This document shows, one piece after another, positions 27,630 through 36,396 of a stretch of 64,000 nucleotides of DNA (positions within the stretch are counted from its first letter, which is position 1; each line of letters begins with the position of its first letter). A program made the position numbers and the translations under genes. Under the pieces are notes generated by a model. The model ran no database searches and was not told the origin of the DNA. It worked only from the letters and a program-made list of their open reading frames with translations. Source of the stretch: Verrucomicrobiota bacterium (GTDB lineage Bacteria > Verrucomicrobiota > Verrucomicrobiia > Verrucomicrobiales > Akkermansiaceae); the NCBI GenBank assembly GCA_037142115.1, contig JBAXBG010000001.1, forward strand, positions 931 through 64,930. The letters run 5' to 3'.

Positions 27630-29681
27630 TCAGTGAGCCTGGTCTTTGTAAACGCGCACCCAATCCACCTGCATGGTGTAGGGATAGGTTCCCGCGGTCG
27701 GATCTCCGCCCCATGAACCGCCCACGGCCAGGTTGAGAATGAGCCAGAACGGCTGGTCAAAGGGCCATTGGGCCTGGCTGGTTCCCAGCTGCGCCTTGGT
27801 AACGGTGAAATACACACTGTGGTCCACGTAGAAGGACAGCTTGTCCGCCGTCCATTCCATGCCGTAAGTGTGGAAGCTGGTGTCGTAGTCATTGATGCCA
27901 AAGCCGCCGGTCTTGCCGGTGCCGATGGTGTGGTTATAGGCCTCGGTGTGAATGGCGGCACCAATGTTATCGACCACGTTGGCGTGTTCCATGATGTCGA
28001 TCTCACCGCATTTCGGCCAGCCAACGTCAGGGATATTGTCGCCCAACAGCCAAAAGGCCGGCCAAGTGCCCTGACCACGTGGCAATTTCATCCGGGCCTC
28101 GATTTTGCCGTATTGAAAAGATATTTTGCCCTGGCCCTGCACCTTGCCGGAGGTGTATGCCGAGGTTTTGGATTGGCCGTTCATCCACGGGCCGGTGCCG
28201 GTGTAGTTTTCTTGGATGGCGGTCAGACAGAGACAGCCACCGGCGACCGAGATATTTTGCGCGCGGTTAGTGTAAAACTCCAACTCGCCGTTGTCCACAT
28301 TGCCATGCTGCACCGGGAGCCAGTTGCCGGTGTTGAGCACGGGACTGTCGAATTCGTCCTGCCAGAACAGCACATAGTCAGCAGTGTGAATTCTGTCCGT
28401 CGAGAACCGGAACCAGTCAAGATTGCAGACGCCGGCAGCACCCACGGCGACAAAATAGAGGTCCCGCACCCCGATGACATCGGCGACGTTGACCTGCTGT
28501 TCGGTATAGGTGGACCATCCTCCCGTTGCCACAGGAGTGATCACTCCCAGCAGCGGACCGCTCGGACTGTCTAGGCGAAGCTCGACCGCACCGCCGGAGT
28601 TGGCCTTGGCTACGGCAAGGGTGACGCTGGCCACTCCATCTCCGAAATCGACATTCCCAAACTTCACCCAGTCGCCGCTGTCGAACCAGCCGATGGCGGT
28701 GTTGCCGGGTTCCAACTGGATGCCGGACATGCTGGAGAAGTTTTCGGCCTGAAGCGTGCTGAAGGCGTCGATGGTAGGCCCGAGGTTGGCCGCCACCCGA
28801 TAGAACATCTTCGGCTGGTTGACTGGCACCGCGACGCTGATCGAGCCGCTGCCGCCGGCGGGAATACTGTTGAGTGCAGCCTGTGGTGCCACAAAGGAAC
28901 TCCATGGACCACCCGGTGCCAAGGCCCACTCCACCCGGTAACCGGTTGCGGCTGCCAACTCGTTGAACCGCAACTGGCCGCTGGTATCGAGGGAGGCGCG
29001 CAAGGGGTTCTGCAAACCGGACTGTCTGGAAACGATCCGCAGGTTGGCGGAGTATTGGTCGCTGTTATTTCCCGCATTATTATTGAACACCTGGATGCCC
29101 GAGACCGGAGCATCCACCGTGCCGGTCCAGGAGTGACCATTCAGCGTGGCACGATAGGTGACTTCACTGGTCAGCGTGAAGCAGAAGGCCATCAGGACAT
29201 TGGGATTGTAATCCTGCCCCGTGGCAACGCCGGTATTCGTGGCATCCGTATATTTGAAGAACGAGCTTCCGCCGGTGAAGGCAATTGTCACTCCAGATCC
29301 CCCGACACTGAGCAATTGAACTCCGACGACTGTGTCCGTGTCGATATGGGTGTTGTGGGCGTAGTCAAGCGATACCGTCTGGCCGGGTGCCAGCGGCCCA
29401 CCGGCGAAAGTGTGCGTCTGGGTGACTGAGCCGCCGCCGCCGCCGCCATAGCACCAGATCGACCACACCGGTGTGCCGCCGATCGAGCCAGTGCCGCTGC
29501 CGGTGGCACCGGTATGAACCACGGTCCATGAGTCCACGCCGGTGGAACCGTTGAGCACCGCATCGGCGCTTTGATCGGGACTGGCCAGCATGGCGAAGGA
29601 GCCAGGGGTGGCGGCGTAGGCATCACTCCCGAGCGAGGTGAGAGCCGCTAGCAGCGTGAGGATGGTGGTGGTCTTGGTCAA
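27630..29681 (-). CDS. GH16 beta-glucanase with CBM6 and an N-terminal unassigned WSIWCYG6 domain
   Basis: GH16 catalytic GEIDIMEH with WPAFWLLG. CBM6-like LQAENFSSMSGIQLE...GDWVKF. TTG start followed directly by a signal peptide (TKTTTILTLLAALTSLGSDAYA). Confidence 0.9.
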   Translation of the reverse strand: MTKTTTILTLLAALTSLGSDAYAATPGSFAMLASPDQSADAVLNGSTGVDSWTVVHTGATGSGTGSIGGTPVWSIWCYGGGGGGSVTQTHTFAGGPLAPGQTVSLDYAHNTHIDTDTVVGVQLLSVGGSGVTIAFTGGSSFFKYTDATNTGVATGQDYNPNVLMAFCFTLTSEVTYRATLNGHSWTGTVDAPVSGIQVFNNNAGNNSDQYSANLRIVSRQSGLQNPLRASLDTSGQLRFNELAAATGYRVEWALAPGGPWSSFVAPQAALNSIPAGGSGSISVAVPVNQPKMFYRVAANLGPTIDAFSTLQAENFSSMSGIQLEPGNTAIGWFDSGDWVKFGNVDFGDGVASVTLAVAKANSGGAVELRLDSPSGPLLGVITPVATGGWSTYTEQQVNVADVIGVRDLYFVAVGAAGVCNLDWFRFSTDRIHTADYVLFWQDEFDSPVLNTGNWLPVQHGNVDNGELEFYTNRAQNISVAGGCLCLTAIQENYTGTGPWMNGQSKTSAYTSGKVQGQGKISFQYGKIEARMKLPRGQGTWPAFWLLGDNIPDVGWPKCGEIDIMEHANVVDNIGAAIHTEAYNHTIGTGKTGGFGINDYDTSFHTYGMEWTADKLSFYVDHSVYFTVTKAQLGTSQAQWPFDQPFWLILNLAVGGSWGGDPTAGTYPYTMQVDWVRVYKDQAH
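29034..29612 (-). other. unassigned ~195-aa domain, copy 3 (N-terminus of the GH16 protein)
   Basis: Residues 24-216: ...GTPVWSIWCYGGGGGGSVTQTHTF..GQTVSLDYAHNTHIDTD...GIQVFNNNAGNNSDQYSANLRI. Confidence 0.8.
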
Positions 29682-32600
29682 ATTCCCGGATTTCGTTGGC
29701 TAGATGTTGATGCAAGAACGGAAGGACTCGTCGCCTCGAACCCAGCCTTGCGAATCATTGTTAGCCTATCACCAGGCCGCCGGCGGCGCAGCAGGACGAG
29801 CATCCCGCAGCCGCCGACCAGCATTGCGACGTCAGGCTCCGGGATCGCGGTGTAGGTGAGCACGAGGTCGTTGCCAGTCTGGCCAAGCGCCCAGGTGCCG
29901 GTGTCCGGATTGGTGAAGCCGGCCGTATCGATCGTCCAATTGGCGGCATTGAAGCCGGTGAGTCCGGTGCTGGTGAGGATCGTCCAGGAGTGGTTGATTT
30001 CGCTGAAATCAGCCGCCGCGCCGGCCACATTTTCGCCGGTCAGGGAGAGCACGTTCAGATGGTAAGTCCCGGTGTCCGGAGCAAGCCCCAACGAGTTAGC
30101 GATGGCGATCTGGTCAAAGCCCGTGCCCGCGACGGTGCTGGTAAAGTTGTTAATCTCCCAGTCATAGCTGAACGAGCTCCACGCTTGGGCCGGGGTGAAC
30201 GACAAGGTTCCCGGGCTGTTGCCGGGCGAGAGGGTGGTGGCCGGATTGTTCAGGATCACCGGCGAGCCGATCGTGCCGCTGCCGCCAAGCACCGCGCTGC
30301 CGGTGAGGGCGATGCCCACGGTCAGGGCGGTGCTGCTGTTGTAAACAAATTTAGACCCGGCCGCCACCGTGACCCCGCTGCTGGAGTTGATCGTGCCCGC
30401 GGTGTCGATTTTGAGCGTGCCGCCGGCCACGGTGGTCGCGCCGCTGTAGGTGTTGGCAGCGTTGAGGGTGGTGGTGCCGGAGCCGGCTTGGATGATCGAG
30501 CCGGTGCCGGTGATGGCGGCTCCGCTGAAGTCCGTGCCTTGCACCGCGGCATTGCTGCGGTTGATGGTTAGGGAGCCGTGGTTGATGATGGCGCTGGCCG
30601 CCGCCAGACTGCCGGTGGTGCCGCCGCTGCCGAGTTGAAGTTTGCCATTCGCACTGATCGTCGTGCCGCCGGTATAGGTGTTACTTCCCGTTAGAACGAC
30701 GACCCCCGTTCCAGACACCGTTTGAGGAGTGATGGCCGCGCTCGAAGTCCCGGTATAGACGGTGTAGGATCCCGCGATATTGAGATTGGCCGATCCGCTC
30801 ACCACGCCGCTGAGCGTCAGGTTGTTCGCGGAAACGTTGCCCCACGTTTGATCCGAGGTCAGGGCGATGTTCGCCGAGATGAAGTGCGCTCCCGTGCCCT
30901 GCTGCACGGTGATGCCGCCGCCGCCGAGGCTCAGGGTATTGGATCCCCCCACGGCGACCGACCCGGTGGCACCGGCCGCGAAGTTCAGGCTGCGCACCGT
31001 GGTGTCGGCCCCGAGCGTGGTCACCAGCGGCGCGGAGTTGCCGTTGAAATAGACATCCGCGTAGGAGTAGGTGGTGGCGGTGGAATCGGTGAGCTGCTTC
31101 TGCCGGTCCGTCGTGCGCGCGGCATCCATCGCCCAGTTGGTATTGGTGCCGCCGTTGAGGGTGTTCCAGTTCCCGTCCTGGTTCCCGGTCCAGTAGGCGG
31201 CACCATATACCGTGCTGTGATACATGATATCGCCCATCAGGTTGTAGCCGGCCTGGGTGAGATGAACCCCGTCCGAGCTGAGGTTGGTTAGCGAAGCTCC
31301 CGGCGTGATGAGGTTGTATAGGTCGACAAACTGGACGCTCTGCCCGGCTAACACATGGTTGTAAACGACGCCCTGGACATAAGGATTGTAATAGGTGTTG
31401 ATATAGCTTCCGACGTCGGAACGATACATCAGGTTGCTGGCGAGAGTAGTCACCCCCGCGCGCAGGGTGTTCACTTGTGAGACGATGGCGTCATACCGGT
31501 TGATGGACTGGGTGTCGGTGTGATTGGCCGCAAAGTCATTGCCCCCGACATTGAGTGGGACATAGTTCGGGTTGATGCCGTTGCCTGGAGCCAGCCAATA
31601 GCCGCCGTTATTTCCCGCGCTGCCATCATTGGCGTTGAGGTTATTGAGGATCTGGTTGGTGGTGTAGCCGGGGTGCCCTTCCTGATTGGTCTGCCCCGCA
31701 GTGCTGAGCAGGTTGGGAGAGGCCGGGTTATTCGCATAAAGATTGGTGTTGCTGCCGACAAAATTGGGCGTGAATCGCCCGTCGTTGACGAGGTTGGCAT
31801 AGAGCTGGGTGTGGAACCCGCCGCCGTCGTAACTGCTTTGGGAGCTGTATCCCGCCATGATTGAAGCGCCCAGCGGCATGATGCTCATCACATGGCTTGG
31901 AATGCCGGACGAGATGACGGCCTGCTCCGCGGTGCCGGTGTTAGCCAGCGTGACGCGGTAGAAGGTGCCACTGCCGTTCTTCACGATCAGCGAACTGAGC
32001 GACCCGGCGAGATCCTGCGCGCCCGCAAACTGGAACGTGCCGGTTAACCCGCCAGCGGACGAGGTGATCAGATTGCTGGTGCCGGCTCCGGCAATCCCGG
32101 AGGGATTGAACCCGATATAGTGGGTGCCGCTGACGCTGGCGGAACTTGCGGCCAGAGTGTTGACACTGCCACCCAGGTTGAAGCCCGTGAAAGTTCCACT
32201 CGTGCTGGTCAAGAGGCCGACCGAGGAACTGTACCCACCCAGGTTGAGTGACCCGCCGCTGTTCACCGTCAGACTGCCGGTGGCGGCTCCCAAGGCGGCG
32301 GCGTTGCCGAGCTGCAGCCAGCCGGCAGTGACGGTCGTGCCACCGCCGTAGGTGTTTGCGCCGTTGAGGGTCAACGTGCCACTGCCGACCTTGTTCAGGG
32401 TGCCGGTGAGCCCGCTGATCACGCCATTGAGCACCGGGCTATAGCTTTGGGTGTCGAGGGTCGCGGTCACGCCCGCGCCGATGGCCACCAAACGGTTAGC
32501 ACTCAAAGCGCCAGACGAAGGGGTTTGAAAAAACCGCAGGGTGCCGTTGCCGGCGAAGGTGAGATCCGTCGCGGGCGTGACGGGAATCGCCCCGAGGCCG

Positions 32601-35600
32601 CTGCCCTCCCAGATGCCGACCGTTCCCGAATTGATCGTCACTCCTCCCGTGTAGGTGTTGCCGCTCCACAAGACCAGTGTCCCGGAGCCGCTCTGTACGA
32701 TCGAGCCGCTGCCGGAAATGATCGACCCGCTGTAGTCGGTTCCAGCCGACACCGTGTTGCTGCGATTGAAGACCAAGGTCCCGTTATTGAGGATCGTGCC
32801 GCTGGCGGAGAGTGCGCCGGTGGTGCCACCGTTGCCGATTTGCAGGGTGCCACCCTTGATCGTCGTGGTGCCGGTATAGGTATTGGTCCCAACCAGAACC
32901 GCCGTGCCGGTGCCGAACTTCGCAAGCCCGCCGGCACCGCTGATGACGCTCCAGAGCTGCAGCTTGTTGCTCGAGACCAGGTCCAATCCCGATCCGCTGG
33001 CAATCACGATCGAGGGTGCAATCTGGCTGCCGCCGGAGGTGGCGTCGCCGGGCGCGAACCCACCGTCGGAAATCGCGCCGCCGTTCGACGTCACGTTGAT
33101 AGTCCGTGTGCTGAGATAGCCGGCACCGCCGTTGGCGGTGAACTGGAGCGTGCCGGCGTTGAGATTGAGCACGTTGCCGGTCGAGCCCCCCAAAACGTTG
33201 CCGGCCGCGATTCCGAGCACGCTGTCGTAGAGTCCCGTGGTGCTGTTATAGCTGCCGCCCTGCGCGGTCCAGGTGGAGCTGTTAGCGAGCCCGCCGCCGC
33301 TGCTGTTGACGATCAGGGATCCGGCCCCGATCTTGACCACGTTGGCCGCGCCGGCGCTGCTAACCAGGCCGTTGATCGTCAAGACGTGGCCATTGGTGTC
33401 TAAGGTGGCCGTCGCGCCGGTGGCAACGCTGATCGTGCGGTTGACATCGAGCGTGATGTTGTTGGCGCTGTCCTGGAGGGTGGCGCTGCCAAGGAACTGG
33501 AGGTTGGCATAGGGACCTACCGGAGCCACTCCGAGGCTGCCGTCGCCATAAATGCCCAGGGTGCCGGCGTTGATCTGGGTGCCGTTGCCGTTCAGGAACC
33601 CGGCGCTGGTGCCCGTGTAAGTGTTGCTGGTGTTCTGCAGGATGAGCGTCCCGGTGCCGTCTTTGTAGAGATAGCCGCCCGCCGCGTTGGCACTTCCCAG
33701 AACCTCGCTGATCGTGGTATTGCCGCTGCCGTTGACCGTCAGTTGATTGCTATTGATATTGATACTGTTGGATCCGGCGAAGGCGAGCAGGGCGGTGGCG
33801 GTGGTGGAAGTGAACACCGCCGCGTTATTCAGGGTGATCGAGCCGCTGTAGGTCGCCGTGGTGGCGGCCGCGTTGGTCGCGCTCAGGGTCCGGTTCGACG
33901 CGCTGCCCGGGTTGATCGTGATGGGGTTTGCCAAGGTGACGGCCGCACCGAGTTGCAGAGTCGCGGCGGTTCCCGTGGTGCCGCCGTTGCCCACATAGTA
34001 GGTTCCGCTGGTGCCGGTGCCCGTCGTCGCGGCGGCCACCACCAAGATCCCGGCATTGAGATCGGTTTCGCCGCCATAGGTGTTGCTGCCGGCGAGAACC
34101 AGAGTGCCGGTGCCGACCTTGGCCAGCGACCCGCTCGTTCCAGTGATTTGACCCGAAAAGGTAGTCGTGCTGGCGGTATTGGTCGTGAGCGTCAGCCCGG
34201 CCCCAATGGCAATGGTTCCGCCCGCGCCTGAAATCGCGCCGATGGTATCGGAGGCCCCTGCGGTGAAGGTTCCTGAGGTGATGGCCAAGGTTGCCGTGTC
34301 CGCCAGATTGGCGGTGCTTTCCGTGGTCAGATTCCCGCCCGTGAGCGAGTAGCCCGAGGTCGCCGTGGTGCTGACAATTTGCAGGTTGCCCGCCTGAATC
34401 GTCGTCGCCCCCGTGTATAATGAGGCACCATACAAGCGCAAGGTGGTTGACGCACTGGCCGCGTTGAGCGTCAGCGACCCGGTGTCTCCGGCAAGACCCA
34501 GGGTGTTGAAGTGATACATGGTGGAAGCGGCCCCGCCATTCATGGTCAGCGTCTTCGCTCCCAGCTTGACCGATCCGCCGTTACCCGAGCCGGTTTCGGA
34601 GAGGATCGACACGCTGATACCAGTGGTGACTCCGCTGATATCAAAGACCCCGCCACTGCTGACGTTCACCCGGGAACCGCTGGCACCATTGGCCAGGCTG
34701 CCACTGCCCGTCAGGGCGAGGGTGCCGGCACCCACCGTGGTGGTGCCGGTGTAGCCATTGGCCGCGGCAAGCCGCAACGTGCCACCACCCAGCACGGATA
34801 ATGTGCCAGTGGAGCTATTGAGACCGCTGGCCAGGGTCACCGTTTGGGTGTTGGTGTCAATGCTGTAGGCTTGGCCGGCCGCGCTGCTGAACCGGCCGGA
34901 ATAGTCGGTGGTGTTGCTGGCACTGGACTGCAAAGTTCCGCCGCCGAAGCTGATGGTGCCGGTGGCACCCAGGGCACCGGAGCTGCCAAGGGCAAGCGAT
35001 CCTCCATTCAGGTTCGTTCCGCCGCTGTAGGTGTTGGCACCCGAGAGGGTGATCGTGCCGCTGCCGGTCTTGCTCAATGCGAGGGTCCCGGTGCCGGAGG
35101 TGTGATCGGCGAGGACTCCCTGATAGTTGCCGCCTGTGCCATTGCCAGTGCCGATGGTCAATGTCACGTTGCTGCCAGTGGAATTGTTAAGGATGGTGCC
35201 GCCTGTGCCGCTGAAGTTGCCCACCGCCTGGGTCGTTCCGTTCAAGTCGAGTGTCCCGCCGTTGACTGCCAGCGACCCGCTGGTGCCGCCCAGGGTCCCC
35301 GAGCCCGTGAGTTGCAGCGTGGCCGCGGTGACCGTGGTGCCGCCGGTGTAGGTGTTGGCGCCAGTCAGGGTGAGGACGCCCGTCCCCGAACCGGTCGCGA
35401 CCAGCGCTCCGGCGCCGGTGATGATCCCATTGTCGGTGTTGTTGAAACCCTGCGTGTCAAGTGTCGCGCTGACTCCGGTGTTGAGCGTGAAATTGCGGCC
35501 TACGGCCAGCGCGTTGCTGCCGCCCGACACTTGGAACTGGAGGCTGCTGGTGCCCGAAAAGGTCAGGCCGGCACCTCCCAGCGCTCCCAGATTGCTGCCG

Positions 35601-36238
35601 GCGGAAATGCCGAGCGTGCCACCGGACAGGGTCACGCCGCCGGTGAAATAGTTGACCGTGGTGAGGATGGTTTTGCCCGAGCCTGTGACTGCCAACGCGC
35701 CAACCGAGCTGGACCCGTTGTTGATCGCGCCGGAAAAAGTCACCGTGGTTCCGCTGTTAGTCTGACTCGTCAGGGTGGTGTTGAGATCCAGATAGATCGG
35801 GCAAGTGATCGCAAGGCTCCCCGTGTTGGCATACAGGGTCATGTTCTTTTCCACATCGAGCTGATTGAGCGAGATGGTCTGGAGGTTGGTGCTGTCATTC
35901 TCGATTTTCGGCAGCACTCCGCCGTAATCATAGAAATTCATGCCGTTGCCGGTGAGGGTGAACGCCCCCGCCCCCGCATCGAAAAGAATCTGGAAGGCGG
36001 TCCAGTTGGCAAATCCATTGACCGGTGCCAAACGGGTGGTGCCGGCGAAATGCAGGTAATTTTGCAGCCCGCCGGGCGCGGATCCGCCCCAGTTGGCACC
36101 GGTTGACAGACTGCTATCGGTGCCGCCACCGTTCCAGGTGAAGGTGCTCTGGGCGAACGCCTGGGGCGCGGAGAAGAAGGGGGCTAAGGCGCAGACCGCC
36201 AGGGAGAGCTTGGCAAAGGAACGGGATTTCAACTTCAT
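29678..36238 (-). CDS. giant (2186 aa) PATR repeat protein with an embedded SGNH/GDSL hydrolase domain and a PEP-CTERM signal
   Basis: Signal peptide. Dozens of GTLxLxGxNTYTGGTT repeats. SGNH blocks at residues ~1448-1680. IPEPDVAMLVGGCGMLVLLRRRR near the C-terminus. Confidence 0.9.
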   Translation of the reverse strand: MKLKSRSFAKLSLAVCALAPFFSAPQAFAQSTFTWNGGGTDSSLSTGANWGGSAPGGLQNYLHFAGTTRLAPVNGFANWTAFQILFDAGAGAFTLTGNGMNFYDYGGVLPKIENDSTNLQTISLNQLDVEKNMTLYANTGSLAITCPIYLDLNTTLTSQTNSGTTVTFSGAINNGSSSVGALAVTGSGKTILTTVNYFTGGVTLSGGTLGISAGSNLGALGGAGLTFSGTSSLQFQVSGGSNALAVGRNFTLNTGVSATLDTQGFNNTDNGIITGAGALVATGSGTGVLTLTGANTYTGGTTVTAATLQLTGSGTLGGTSGSLAVNGGTLDLNGTTQAVGNFSGTGGTILNNSTGSNVTLTIGTGNGTGGNYQGVLADHTSGTGTLALSKTGSGTITLSGANTYSGGTNLNGGSLALGSSGALGATGTISFGGGTLQSSASNTTDYSGRFSSAAGQAYSIDTNTQTVTLASGLNSSTGTLSVLGGGTLRLAAANGYTGTTTVGAGTLALTGSGSLANGASGSRVNVSSGGVFDISGVTTGISVSILSETGSGNGGSVKLGAKTLTMNGGAASTMYHFNTLGLAGDTGSLTLNAASASTTLRLYGASLYTGATTIQAGNLQIVSTTATSGYSLTGGNLTTESTANLADTATLAITSGTFTAGASDTIGAISGAGGTIAIGAGLTLTTNTASTTTFSGQITGTSGSLAKVGTGTLVLAGSNTYGGETDLNAGILVVAAATTGTGTSGTYYVGNGGTTGTAATLQLGAAVTLANPITINPGSASNRTLSATNAAATTATYSGSITLNNAAVFTSTTATALLAFAGSNSININSNQLTVNGSGNTTISEVLGSANAAGGYLYKDGTGTLILQNTSNTYTGTSAGFLNGNGTQINAGTLGIYGDGSLGVAPVGPYANLQFLGSATLQDSANNITLDVNRTISVATGATATLDTNGHVLTINGLVSSAGAANVVKIGAGSLIVNSSGGGLANSSTWTAQGGSYNSTTGLYDSVLGIAAGNVLGGSTGNVLNLNAGTLQFTANGGAGYLSTRTINVTSNGGAISDGGFAPGDATSGGSQIAPSIVIASGSGLDLVSSNKLQLWSVISGAGGLAKFGTGTAVLVGTNTYTGTTTIKGGTLQIGNGGTTGALSASGTILNNGTLVFNRSNTVSAGTDYSGSIISGSGSIVQSGSGTLVLWSGNTYTGGVTINSGTVGIWEGSGLGAIPVTPATDLTFAGNGTLRFFQTPSSGALSANRLVAIGAGVTATLDTQSYSPVLNGVISGLTGTLNKVGSGTLTLNGANTYGGGTTVTAGWLQLGNAAALGAATGSLTVNSGGSLNLGGYSSSVGLLTSTSGTFTGFNLGGSVNTLAASSASVSGTHYIGFNPSGIAGAGTSNLITSSAGGLTGTFQFAGAQDLAGSLSSLIVKNGSGTFYRVTLANTGTAEQAVISSGIPSHVMSIMPLGASIMAGYSSQSSYDGGGFHTQLYANLVNDGRFTPNFVGSNTNLYANNPASPNLLSTAGQTNQEGHPGYTTNQILNNLNANDGSAGNNGGYWLAPGNGINPNYVPLNVGGNDFAANHTDTQSINRYDAIVSQVNTLRAGVTTLASNLMYRSDVGSYINTYYNPYVQGVVYNHVLAGQSVQFVDLYNLITPGASLTNLSSDGVHLTQAGYNLMGDIMYHSTVYGAAYWTGNQDGNWNTLNGGTNTNWAMDAARTTDRQKQLTDSTATTYSYADVYFNGNSAPLVTTLGADTTVRSLNFAAGATGSVAVGGSNTLSLGGGGITVQQGTGAHFISANIALTSDQTWGNVSANNLTLSGVVSGSANLNIAGSYTVYTGTSSAAITPQTVSGTGVVVLTGSNTYTGGTTISANGKLQLGSGGTTGSLAAASAIINHGSLTINRSNAAVQGTDFSGAAITGTGSIIQAGSGTTTLNAANTYSGATTVAGGTLKIDTAGTINSSSGVTVAAGSKFVYNSSTALTVGIALTGSAVLGGSGTIGSPVILNNPATTLSPGNSPGTLSFTPAQAWSSFSYDWEINNFTSTVAGTGFDQIAIANSLGLAPDTGTYHLNVLSLTGENVAGAAADFSEINHSWTILTSTGLTGFNAANWTIDTAGFTNPDTGTWALGQTGNDLVLTYTAIPEPDVAMLVGGCGMLVLLRRRRPGDRLTMIRKAGFEATSPSVLASTSSQRNPGI
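29777..29845 (-). other. PEP-CTERM motif followed by a 32-aa extension
   Basis: IPEP + hydrophobic helix + RRRR at residues 2132-2154. Translation then continues PGDRLTMIRKAGFEATSPSVLASTSSQRNPGI to the stop. Confidence 0.8.
31199..31897 (-). other. SGNH/GDSL esterase-like domain inside the PATR giant
   Basis: Block I IMPLGASIMAGY, block III VGGNDF, block V SDGVHLTQAGY. PATR repeats flank it on both sides. Confidence 0.75.
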
Positions 36239-36345
36239 GACTTGGGTGTTTTCTGATTTCCGGGGTGGTTGGGGGTGGGTGAAGAGCCCGATTGAAGGCG
36301 GGACTCGCTACGCGGGAATGAACGTTTCTTGAGGATCTATGTGAT

Positions 36346-36362
36346 ACCGCCTGCAGGCGGGT
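36346..36362 (-). repeat. REP-like GC hairpin related to 7752-7767
   Basis: The minus strand reads tccagcttaCCCGCCTGCAGGCGGTAtcACATA. Compare the plus strand at 7735-7776, tccagcgtaggtaaagaCCGCCTGAAGGCGGTActACATA. It lies 3' of the 36397-37902 gene. Confidence 0.6.
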
Positions 36363-36396
36363 AAGCTGGACTGACGCCAGCACGGGGCGGGACCAC

